13,347 nt of DNA, from NCBI GenBank assembly GCA_002794465.1, contig MTSL01000208.1, forward strand, positions 51,493 through 64,839. The letters run 5' to 3'. Each line of letters starts with the position of its first letter. The stretch's first letter is position 1. This stretch comes from Paramicrosporidium saccamoebae KSL3. Its lineage: Eukaryota; Fungi; Cryptomycota. A program made the translations under genes and the position numbers. The notes under the pieces were generated by a model, which was not told where the DNA came from, searched no databases, and worked only from the letters and a program-made list of their open reading frames with translations. This document shows, piece after piece, positions 1 to 9,030 of this stretch.

Positions 1-62
1 TCATTTCCATTAAATTTTATATACATCTTCACCAGCATTCTCAGTATGGGGATTGAATGCCG

Positions 63-1052
63 CTAATTGCACAACACCTCATCCGACTCCTCGCCATTGT
101 CTAAATCTAATGGTTCGGTGGGAATATATTCCATATTAAATGTCCCGCATAGCTCTGCCATCGACTTGCAGGATTGCAGCTTGCGGGTTAGATTCTTGTC
201 GCTGTAGGGACGATCCAACCACATTTGCAGTACCGTGTACTTTGTATTGCTAAAGGGATTTTCAACCTCTATAGCCTTCTTCAGGTATGCTTTGCTTACT
301 TCCATCGGGTCCAGTAGCCCCTCTGTTCTGAAAATGGAAACATTCCATTGAGCCGCCCTGGCAAGCATGATCGATCTTACTCCAGTCTCCAGAATTCCTG
401 CAAATTGGGACCGGTCAAAGAAATCACCATTAGCAATCACTGGCACTGGACAGACCTTTACAATTTCTGCCAACATATCATACTTGGCGGGATGTCGAGG
501 CCGATCGGCTGGAGTCCGGCAATGCACTGTCAACGCTCGAATACCCGTTGCTCCAATCCTCTTGACCAACTCCAGAGTCTTTTCTTGGTCTGGCAACAGA
601 CGGATCTTGGCCGTCACAGGAACTCCAGGAAGACCCGTGACCAGTCGTTTCAAAATATTACACAGTCGGTCGGGTTCGGAAAGCAACGCAGCTCCCATTC
701 CAGCGTGCACAGAAAAATGCTTCGGACAGCCGCAATTCAAGTCGACACCGGCCACATCTGGCGCAACCATTCTTGCAGCTTGCAATGCCAGTTCGGGATC
801 TGCACTTCCCAGCTGCAAGACGAGCTTTGGTTTCTCACAAGGATGCAGACGCAGAACAAGCGTCCGGTTGCTGATGTAATCCACCGTGTTCAAGCGAGTA
901 TTCACAGTACGAGTGCTCGTTAAAAGCTTCTTGTCGATAATTTCAGGTGTCCACACAAGGTCGGCCCCATACTCGAGCGCCAATAACCGCATAGGCAGCG
1001 TGCCCACGCGCACCATCGGGGCCAGTACTATTTTTCCCTCATACGACAGCAT
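63..1052 (-). CDS. DUS2: tRNA-dihydrouridine synthase 2 (Dus2/Smm1 type), 329 aa, intronless
   Basis: True ATG at 1052 and TAG at 65-63. N-terminus LAPMVRVGTLPMRLLALEYGADLVWTPEIIDKKL, catalytic NCGCPKHFS..GMGAALL and TVHCRT match the yeast Dus2 pattern. No metazoan-type C-terminal dsRBD. Confidence 0.95.
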   Translation of the reverse strand: MLSYEGKIVLAPMVRVGTLPMRLLALEYGADLVWTPEIIDKKLLTSTRTVNTRLNTVDYISNRTLVLRLHPCEKPKLVLQLGSADPELALQAARMVAPDVAGVDLNCGCPKHFSVHAGMGAALLSEPDRLCNILKRLVTGLPGVPVTAKIRLLPDQEKTLELVKRIGATGIRALTVHCRTPADRPRHPAKYDMLAEIVKVCPVPVIANGDFFDRSQFAGILETGVRSIMLARAAQWNVSIFRTEGLLDPMEVSKAYLKKAIEVENPFSNTKYTVLQMWLDRPYSDKNLTRKLQSCKSMAELCGTFNMEYIPTEPLDLDNGEESDEVLCN

Positions 1053-1100
1053 CAGGTTCGAACCCCCTGTCAGAGTCCGCCAATACCTACTGGATAAAAA

Positions 1101-1248
1101 AGACTCGTTGGAGCTCTTAATCTGTGTGAAATTGGCAATAGAGATTTCTTTAAACTTTTAATCTGAGTGTGGTTTGTAGTAGAGCCTCGTTGGACGTCTT
1201 GATCCATGTAAGATTTGTAATAGAAACTCATTGAAGCTCTTAATCCGT
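1101..1248. repeat. Degenerate 41-bp tandem repeat, about 3.6 copies
   Basis: Units start at 1101, 1142, 1183 and 1224. By hand, unit 1 matches unit 3 at 31/41, unit 2 at 27/41, and the first 25 nt of unit 4 at 21/25. Core ACTCGTTGGAGCTCTTAATC. Confidence 0.75.
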
Positions 1249-1347
1249 AGGAGGCAAATGCAGTGAAAATCCTTTATTTATGGGTAGTAGAGGCTGGGTT
1301 CTCTCACAAATACGACTCTAGGTTGGTATTCGACTTTTCCCGCGTTG

Positions 1348-2177
1348 CTACAATAAGGCAGGGAAGCCGAGAGTATTGTAAATTTGTGTAATCTCAGTGT
1401 TTAGCAACAATTCATAGTCCTTCTGGTAACACGCCAGTAGATATCCCGCAAATACCAGCGTATTGAACGACACGTGTTCGTACCGTTCGGCTAACCTGGG
1501 CACCATTAGCATCCATTCTCTTGTGAACAAAAGACTGTATGATGTCTCTGCCGTTGGGAGGATGCTACAGACTTTTGAATAGGCAGCCCTCCACTTCTCT
1601 GCCAATGACCCGGCGCTAGTGAGTCGGACTAGCTTATGGATTATTCCCTTGAATACTCCGACAGTGCTGTCCAAGAAAGAGCCAATGATCGGTGGCTTGT
1701 CATCTGGGATTAATTGCAAATGTCGATGCGGCTGACTTGCGCCCGACTCTTTACCAGAATTATAAAATACCATCCAACCGCCCTCTAACTGTGCCAATGT
1801 CAGCTCGGTGGCGGAAAAATCTTCTGGCGCAAGAAGCCCTACTTGAGGCTTGAATTCGCGTGTAATGAGGAGCAGGTGGTTCGGGACGACGCAGTACTTG
1901 TTAAAAATGAGTATATGAGTGGCCCCAATGTCGGTAATTGTCAAATGAGGGCTAGGAGGGAGAAATGGGTTGCCGCTCTCGTTTCTTGGGCCACTCTCGG
2001 CAATCTTTCGCTGCATTGCTGGACAATATCTTGTAACAAACTATATGGTCACATTCTGTGTACAAAAGCTACATCAACCCCATCCATATTTCGTACACCT
2101 ACAGTACATTCATAATAGATAAGATGCCCATTTGCAAGAGCAGTGTTAAATTTCTCCGTTACACCGAGTGGGTCCAT
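1348..2177 (-). CDS. APA2: Ap4A phosphorylase / ATP adenylyltransferase (Apa1/Apa2 family), about 265 aa; exons 2177-2073 and 2040-1348
   Basis: Motifs NPF, NKYCVVPNHLLLIT, FYNSG..SGASQPHRHLQ (HIT-like HxHxQ) and FNTLVFAGYLL. Removing a 32-nt GT..AG intron joins MDPLGVTEKFNTALANGHLIYY...GVD in frame to FVTRYCPAMQRK, a typical Apa N-terminus. APA1 and APA2 cannot be told apart here. Confidence 0.88.
2041..2072 (-). other. Spliceosomal intron, 32 nt, phase 0 (APA gene)
   Basis: GTAGCT...CATATAG; removal restores one ORF from ATG 2177. Confidence 0.82.
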
Positions 2178-2243
2178 CTGCCGAGCCAATCAAATAGCCC
2201 TGATAAATATGTAATTGTTTTGGCCACTTAAGTGGTTCCGGAA

Positions 2244-4168
2244 ATGGAGATTGTCCAAAAAGGACAAAGTGCATCTCTCCACAGACGGATGAGTTGTCAA
2301 TCCCGCAGTCGCATCATCAGCAGCGGCTCGATCACCCATAGAGTCACTTTACATGTCGCTCTGTTGCTCATCTCAATGATCATTGTGGTATCCAGCGACA
2401 CGGTGGGAGAGTACGCGTACAGTAAGTCTTGCGGGTCTATGGAGCTTCCGGTAGAACGATTGCGGCTCTCAGGGACAGAGATTTATCAGAATGGAGGGGT
2501 GGCGGCGGAGCATCCACGGTGTTCCGAGATTGGTGTGCAGATGATGGAGATGGGCGGCAACGCAGTGGATGCGGCCATTGCAGGACTGCTCTGCGTTGGA
2601 GTGGTGAACAACTTTGCCGCCGGCATCGGAGGGTACTTTTAAAGGCAGTTCTGAGGTCTAGGGGTGGATTCATGCTAATTAGGGATGCGAGCGGGGCCTA
2701 CGAGGTGATTGACTTCAGAGAGGCGGCGGCCAGATCCGCACATCAGGACATGTTTAACAAAAACACGACACTGGCCACGGACAGCACCTTGGGAATGGGT
2801 GTTCCGGGCGAGATTCGGGGATTTGCAACTGCTCACGCAAGACATGGGAAACTACCTTGGGCAGCTCTATTTGAGCCGTCAATCCGTCTGGCCAGAAAAG
2901 GCTTTCCCGTGACAGCTAAAATGAACAGCATGATCTCTGTACCCATCTCAATGTCACTCATTCCATAGAGATTCAAAAACAAGCTACTCAAATCAAAAGG
3001 GATGAGGGAGACTTATTTCCACAAAGATGGACGCCCCAAGGAGGTGGGGGATTTCATTTACCGACGCAATCTGGCCAGGACCTTGGGAAAGATTGCCAAA
3101 AATGGGCCCGACATTTTTTATTCTGGCGAGATTGCCGATCACATTATAAGTACGGTTGAAGATGACCAAGGCGGAATCACCAAAGAAGACATGATGTCCT
3201 ATGAAGTCAAAATCAGGGAGCCTGTGGTAGCAGAGGTTGCTGGCTTTAAGATTATCACGCCTGGCGCCCCTACTTGCGGACCCTTAATCATCCAAATCCT
3301 CAAAGTCGTCGAGAAACTTGGACTTGGGAGTCCGGAAAATGTAACGACGGTCCAGAAAATTATCGAAGCTTTTAAATTTGCCTATGTTGACAGGATGCAA
3401 CTGGGTGATCCCGACTTTGTGGCCCACATGGATGATCTCGTGGCTAAAATCATTTCTGATGAGAGGGCCAGTGAAATTGCCCCAAGGATCCGCAAAGTAC
3501 ACCCTCCTCTTCCCTTTCACGTGTTGTAGAGCAAGACATTTCCGCCCGAATACTACCTGGGGAAGAGTCTTTTTGCCGAGTGTGATTCGCATGGCACCAC
3601 CAACCTGGTCGCAAGTGACAAGTACGGCTATGGAGTGAGTGCAGTCTCTACGGTAAATCTGGAGTGGGGAAATCGCATCATGGATTACGAAACCGGAATC
3701 ATATTCAATAATCAGTTGGATGACTTTTCAATCCCAAAGATGAACAATTCCTTTGGCTTGCCACCCTCAGAAGCAAACTTCATCATGCCCTTCAAGCGGC
3801 CCCTATCATCTGCAACTCCCGTGATACTGGAAAGGGACGGAAAGGTTTTCATGGTCTTGGGCGGTGCTGGTGGAAGTCGTATAATCACTGCCGTTGCTGA
3901 AATGATAATAAGGGTTGTCATGTTGGGGATGGATCCTGACAAGGCAATGGATTCGTGTCGTCTCCATCACCAGCTGATCCCCGATGTGATACTGGCGGAG
4001 CATCGCTGTGATAGCGCGCTACTGAAGAAACTAAGCGGCATTGGACACACTATAATCATCATGGGTGCAGAACAGACTAGCACTAGCGTCAATATGGTGC
4101 TTGTGAATGGGGCGGGTATAGTGCCAATATCTGATCCACGAAAGGGTGGACTCGCTGCTGGTTATTAA
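2244..4168 (+). CDS. ggt: Gamma-glutamyltranspeptidase (type II membrane precursor), about 610 aa; exons 2244-2632, 2662-2938, 2969-3496, 3530-4168
   Basis: Motifs GGNAVDAAIA..LCVGVVN...GIGGGGFM, IDFRE, GVPGE, HGKLPW..LFEP, HG/TT autocleavage site, NNQLDDF, PLSS and GGAGGSRI, ending SDPRKGGLAAGY. N-terminal hydrophobic anchor VTLHVALLLISMIIVVS. Three GT..AG introns join the four ORF-track fragments in frame (1833 nt). The start could also be the Met at 2289. Confidence 0.93.
2633..2661 (+). other. Spliceosomal intron, 29 nt, phase 2 (GGT intron 1)
   Basis: GTACTT...GTCTAG; splicing restores the conserved GIGGGGFM. Confidence 0.9.
2939..2968 (+). other. Spliceosomal intron, 30 nt, phase 0 (GGT intron 2)
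   Basis: GTACCC...CCATAG; the acceptor TAG is the only in-frame stop. Confidence 0.85.
3497..3529 (+). other. Spliceosomal intron, 33 nt, phase 0 (GGT intron 3)
   Basis: GTACAC...TTGTAG; splicing gives RIRK-SKTFPPEYY; the acceptor TAG is the only in-frame stop. Confidence 0.88.
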
Positions 4169-4306
4169 GTAAACGCTGTTGATAATGTCCAAAGTGGTGG
4201 ATGCGAGGTTTATAGTTTATCAGTATCTTTGAAAATGTTTTCTAATATAACACAAGACCTTTATTCTTTGCAGTCCCGATCATTGCGATGGGATGAGCCA
4301 TCAACA

Positions 4307-4546
4307 CTAATTGTACTTGATAACTGCCTCGTCAGTAGTGATTTCTTGCTTCACGACAGTCCAAGAGTCCTTGGTGGGCTTTTTCTCATCTTTCGAGGCC
4401 ACAAGAACAAGCGTCAGCATTACTAGTGTAAGCATAGAGAACATCCATAGAAGCAGTGGATCGCAAACTTGTTTGCGTCCGCCAATAATGCAGTACGTGC
4501 AAACACGGCTTGTAATGTATTCTGTCACAACCTTGGTAGTCGCCAT
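4307..4546 (-). CDS. Hypothetical small single-pass membrane protein, about 79 aa
   Basis: ATG at 4546. One clear hydrophobic stretch LLLWMFSMLTLVMLTLVLVA followed by a charged tail SKDEKKPTKD, with CTYC...C upstream. No homology recognised. Confidence 0.35.
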   Translation of the reverse strand: MATTKVVTEYITSRVCTYCIIGGRKQVCDPLLLWMFSMLTLVMLTLVLVASKDEKKPTKDSWTVVKQEITTDEAVIKYN

Positions 4547-4884
4547 CACTCATACTGTATGCTAGATGTCTTTTAAGTGATGCCAATGCAACCTACGGGC
4601 ATGTTACCGAAAATAGTACATTCAGTCAATTCGAGTCGGCTAAAAATAGGGGGTGTGAGGAGACTGTGCCTGGTTGAGCGATCACAGGTACATTTTGGAC
4701 AATTATGCCCGAGACTGAAAATAGTATCGAACTTACTACTAATTAGTTATAGACCATTTTTATTGTGCCGAGCCAAACCTTGACGAAGATCCAGAGGTCT
4801 AACGGCCTTTTCTTTACAATCATTGGGGCTCCAATTGCACTAGATGGTGATTCCCCGTCTAGCGTGTACATGGCCCTCTGTTTA

Positions 4885-5190
4885 TCAAGATGGGGCCTTT
4901 CCGAGGGCCAAGCTTCCATTTGGTAGTCTGGCTAATATCATAATCTCTGTGCTGACCGAGTCGTTTGAGGTGTTAGGACAATCAACTGTCCATCTTTCTC
5001 TTAGGCTCTCTTTCAGTCTCGAAAATGTCCGGCAAATCGGTCCACATACATCTACTACGCGGCAACACTCTTCAAGAAAAATGACGAGACCGAGTACGCC
5101 GAGTGCGCCGAAGCAGCCGAGTATGATCCATAGTCCTACGGCACTCCCAGACGAGGACTCGTCATCAGGAGTAGTTGAAAAGATTACCAT
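4885..5190 (-). CDS. Hypothetical small single-pass membrane protein, about 101 aa
   Basis: First ATG at 5190. Acidic/Ser N-terminus, TM segment AVGLWIILGCFGALGVLGLVIFL, then a juxtamembrane Cys cluster EECCRVVDVCGPIC. The 5' end may include upstream exons. Confidence 0.5.
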   Translation of the reverse strand: MVIFSTTPDDESSSGSAVGLWIILGCFGALGVLGLVIFLEECCRVVDVCGPICRTFSRLKESLRERWTVDCPNTSNDSVSTEIMILARLPNGSLALGKAPS

Positions 5191-5507
5191 CACCAATCGA
5201 GGGGTCGTGTAGCCTTACGATTAAAATAGTATCATACACTGATAAGTCACAGGTCGGAGACAGGGGCGTTTTAAGACTTATTCCATGTTCAAATTGCATG
5301 TTTTCGTTGTTTACTAATTGGATCCGAGAAAGGTACGCTTTGGTTAGAGTTGCATCTTAATAAGGGACTTTTTATTTCAAATGGCTACGTATTTCCTCCG
5401 TACGGCGCAAGGTTGATGTTGGCTGAGATCAAATGTATTTAAGAGGCGATTCTCTATCAAGACTCTGGTTAAGTAATTATCGGCCATGTTTCTTCAAACA
5501 ATTACTG

Positions 5508-6080
5508 CTAAGCACTACCATTATCGCACTCGGTTTTACAATCCGGACCACCTCCAGGTCTAGGGTCTTGTATTTCGAGCAGTTCCATGATCCGCTTGGC
5601 ACCCAGCAGTGACAAGTCAATGTTCTCGCGAGTGAATAATGCCTTCGGGTCGGACAGACTCTTTGTAATTTCAACAGCGTCATACAAGGCCAAATTGGTC
5701 GGATCATACACTTTTTTGCACAATTCAAGAGGTAAAAAGTCAAGGACCGCTGGGTTATCAGCGATTAGAATAGAATGGATATTCTGCTCCAAGACTGATT
5801 CCGGAATCATCCTGTATTCAATGCGATGGGTAGTGTGACAAAACTTGGCAAAGCACCATACAAGCTCTTCAGACGTCAAATTGTACCAGTCAACGACACT
5901 CTCGAGGATGGCGGAATAGTCATGTTCAAATGCAGATTCCATGATGGTCCTAAACTCGGGAAAACTACGATCCCCGAGCAAGCGCCCAATTAGGGTCTCT
6001 TCGCTAGGGATATTTGAATTGGCACTTAATACAACCTTGAGCGATGAACATAGACACAAAGCAACGAGTGGCAAGTACAT
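5508..6080 (-). CDS. Hypothetical secreted protein, about 190 aa
   Basis: ATG at 6080 starts a signal-peptide-like MYLPLVALCLCSSLKVVLSA. Long ORF with globular composition and N-glycosylation sequons NLT and NGS. No family recognised. Confidence 0.62.
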   Translation of the reverse strand: MYLPLVALCLCSSLKVVLSANSNIPSEETLIGRLLGDRSFPEFRTIMESAFEHDYSAILESVVDWYNLTSEELVWCFAKFCHTTHRIEYRMIPESVLEQNIHSILIADNPAVLDFLPLELCKKVYDPTNLALYDAVEITKSLSDPKALFTRENIDLSLLGAKRIMELLEIQDPRPGGGPDCKTECDNGSA

Positions 6081-6972
6081 GTCTGACCGGGGTAACCCAC
6101 AGAACCCCAAAAAGGTTTCTAATCAAGAAAACGATCTATCAATCAGGCAGCCATATCTGTCCTGTATTTCTGCCTGGTATGGGTGGCTTGTTCGGTCCAG
6201 TCATGAATCTGTGCCATATACGTATTGATTAGTTGGGTGTTTGAGGGTGGTTCCCCAGTTTGGAGAAGACATATTTGTGTGATAAAGTGGACCGATTAGC
6301 TAGGAATCTAAGGCCAGCGAGATGTGTATCCATACTGTTATAGGATTAGCAGTAAACAACCCCCTCTTCCCGTCTGTGATATTATCCCCACTACGTGACG
6401 GATCTATGCCGTATACGTATCGATTGTACAGTTGGAGCAAAGCTGAGATCCATAAAATCTATGCATTCTTGACCTTTTGATGCCGCTTTATGATCACCGA
6501 CAGTCGAACGGATCAGTTGTCTAGCTGCTACAAGTAGGGATCCAAGTTGAATAATCATTTTGAATGTTCTCACTGGAGAAAAGTCAAAATGAATCGAGTC
6601 ACTAAATCAGCAATAATGCACGGCTTGGGTAAATTCCTTCCATGTACGACATTTTTCTCATCCAAGATTTCGCTAGTTGACAATGATGACCAACTTGCAT
6701 CTGGCGCGACCTGTACTTTTACGTCCTAATCTATGGAGATGCACCAGTATAGTTTCCTTGATTGTAGAGACGCATCAAACAATTTCGCTCCATCATCTTT
6801 TGGGTGACGCATCTCCCAAGATATCCTCTCCACAATATATTATCGTTGGTTTTAATTCTAATGCAATTGCTATGCCAAAACTCACAACATGTTATTCCGC
6901 CTTTGAGGCAAGGAGCCAATAATAGATTCTATAATCGATTACCCCGGCCGTGTAGAACGCATTAATACGGGA

Positions 6973-8642
6973 ATGGTATAGAATGTTCTACGAATTCATG
7001 GATAGGCGTCCGTCTCTGTTCTCCAGCAAGATAGCACTGAAGAGCGTGCCGAGAGTGCGCGTCTCGTACTGGTGGTGATAGCGACACTAACTGTATAGTC
7101 TGCATTCGTGGGAGCCATTGCGATTGGCGATTTGGTCAAGAGCACACTGGGACCCAAGGGAATGGACAAGATTCTTCAAAGTATGAGTGGAAAGGGAATG
7201 CAAGTGACGAATGATGGCGCAACCATTCTGCGGTCACTTTCTGTAGACAACCCGGCAGCCAAAGTTCTAATCAGTATGGCCTGCATAGAGACTAATTTGG
7301 TTTAGACCTGTCCAAAGTTCAGGATGAGGAAGTCGGCGATGGCACCACTTCAGTCTGTGTATTGGCGTCTGAGCTGCTGAGGGAAGCTGAAAAACTGGTG
7401 GAGCAAAAGGTGCATCCGCAAGTCATTATTGCTGGATACCGCGAGGCAGCGGCTGCAGCCCGCGCAGCATTGGAGAGCTCGGCTGTGGACCGCTCGCAAG
7501 ATATGGAAGCATTCAAGAAAGATTTGATCAAGATTGCCCGTACAACAGTGTCGAGCAAAATCCTCTCGCAGGACAAGGAGCACTTTGCGCAGCTTGCCGT
7601 GGATGCCGTGCTCCGACTACAGGGTAGTACAGATTTGGAACGGATCAGCATTGTCAAAAAGATTGGTGGTCGTCTTTCCGACTCGTACCTGGACACTGGT
7701 CTGGTCCTAGACAAGAAGATTGGGATGAATCAGCCAAAGTCGCTCAAAAATGCCAAGATTCTGATTGCCAACACTGCCATGGACTCGGACAAGGTCAAGG
7801 TGTTTGGATCGCGCTTCAAGGTTGAATCGCCGGAGCAGTTGGCCGAGTTGGAACGTGCAGAGAGAGAAAAGATGCGCGAAAAGGTCGAAAAGATTAAAAA
7901 GTTTGGAATTAATTGTTTCGTGAATCGACAGCTGATCTACAATTGGCCCGAGCAGCTGTTTGCCGATGCAGGAATCATGACCATTGAACATGCAGACTTT
8001 GAGGGGGTGGAGAGAATCGCCTTGGTGACAGGGGGTCAGATTGCATCGACCTTTGACGATCCCGAGACGGCCGTTCTGGGTAACTGTGAGATGATTGAGG
8101 AAATTATGATTGGAGAGGACAAATTGGTTCGTTTCTCTGGAGGCAATGCCAATGCGGCATGCAGCATTGTTTTGCGCGGTGCCACACTGCAACTGTTGGA
8201 GGAGGCTGAGCGATCTCTGCATGATGCGCTCTGTGTATTGTCGCAGACGGTAAAAGAGCCACGCACAGTATTGGGGGGTGGATGTGCTGAAATGCTGATG
8301 GCGCAGGCCGTAGAGACACGTGTTCCCCACGTGTCGGGAAAGCAGATGCTTGCTGTAGAGGGATTTGCACGGGCACTGCGCCAGTTGCCCACGATCCTTG
8401 CGGACAATGGCGGCTATGATAGCAGTGAATTGGTTGCCCAATTACGTGCGATGCATGCAAACGGCTTTAAGAGCGCCGGTCTGGACATGTACCGTGGATG
8501 CACCGCCGATATGATCGATTTGGGTGTAGTGGAGTCGCTCAAGCTGAAGCGACAGGTGCTGATATCGGCATCCGAGGCGGCTGAGATGATTCTGCGGGTG
8601 GACGACATTATCAAGGCTGCGCCCCGTAAGCGTACTCACTAA
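6973..8642 (+). CDS. CCT2: T-complex protein 1 subunit beta (CCT-beta), about 524 aa; exons 6973-6975, 7006-7065, 7099-7273, 7306-8642
   Basis: Spliced N-terminus [45 protein letters not shown], plus [37 protein letters not shown] and C-terminal [14 protein letters not shown], which are beta-subunit signatures. The exons total 1575 nt. Confidence 0.97.
6976..7005 (+). other. Spliceosomal intron, 30 nt, directly after the start codon (CCT2 intron 1)
   Basis: ATG|GTATAG...GGATAG|GCG; it contains two in-frame TAG codons. Confidence 0.78.
7066..7098 (+). other. Spliceosomal intron, 33 nt, phase 0 (CCT2 intron 2)
   Basis: GTACTG...ACTAAC TGTATAG with a branch-point-like CTAAC; restores ARL-SAFVGA. 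Confidence 0.92.
7274..7305 (+). other. Spliceosomal intron, 32 nt, phase 1 (CCT2 intron 3)
   Basis: GTATGG...ACTAAT TTGGTTTAG; restores KVLI-N-LSKVQD. Confidence 0.93.
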
Positions 8643-8804
8643 TAGTGTGTAATAAAGCAACTGAATTGCACTTTACATTAGAGTATACATCATATTGATA
8701 GATCCATGATAAAAAGTTTTATATAATGTAAACATCATATATCCACAGGATGGGATAATTACAATCTATCCCTCGACATGCATTTGCGATGTCTGTGCCC
8801 GCAC

Positions 8805-8977
8805 TGACATTTGGTTTCAATCCCTCCCCACGTTGGGGTTTGGTTTTAATCCCTCCCACGTTGGGATTTGGCTTTAATTCCTCCCTACGTTGACCTTTGG
8901 CTTAAATTCCTCCCCACATTGACATTTGGTTTCAATTCCTCCCCACATTGGTATCTGATTTCAATCCCCCCCCACAC
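8805..8977. repeat. Minisatellite, six 28-29-bp units, approximate consensus TGACATTTGGTTTCAATTCCTCCCCACRT
   Basis: Contiguous units at 8805, 8834, 8862, 8891, 8920 and 8949, plus a partial TGGCATTTG at 8982. Lies between the convergent 3' ends of CCT2 and the ERT1-like gene. Confidence 0.92.
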
Positions 8978-9030
8978 ACACTGGCATTTGACTCTGGGAC
9001 CAAGGGCGTAACATTTTTTGACAATCATTT

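Noticed and set aside
348-923. Plus-strand ORFs 348-923 and 367-879
   Set aside because: They are antisense shadows of DUS2 with no recognisable motifs.
2224-2235. Perfect 12-bp palindrome CCACTTAAGTGG in the APA/GGT promoter
   Set aside because: About three 12-bp palindromes are expected by chance in 13.3 kb (13347/4^6), so it is not significant alone.
2232-4168. GGT as a frameshifted pseudogene or split gene (four separate ORFs in the track)
   Set aside because: Three canonical 29-33-nt GT..AG introns join the fragments into one intact frame that restores conserved motifs.
4699-4731. Minus-strand peptide FDTIFSLGHNC, reminiscent of the start of DUF1796 papain-like proteins
   Set aside because: There is no ATG or compatible upstream exon, the frame closes after about 50 codons, and the downstream family motif is missing. 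It is likely chance.
4885-6080. One type I membrane gene joining the secreted ORF (5508-6080) to the TM ORF (4885-5190)
   Set aside because: The architecture is attractive, but I found no chain of phase-compatible GT..YAG introns of local size across the stops in 5200-5510.
7707-8660. Long minus-strand ORFs inside CCT2 (7707-8441, 8036-8407 and others)
   Set aside because: They are antisense shadows of a highly conserved, GC-richer gene, with no independent support.
8775-8793. Small hairpin GACAT...ATGTC before the 29-bp array
   Set aside because: The 5-bp stem is too weak to support any structure or terminator claim.
8805-8977. CRISPR array (29-bp repeat length is CRISPR-like)
   Set aside because: The units are contiguous with no unique spacers, they are degenerate, there are no cas genes, and the context is eukaryotic.
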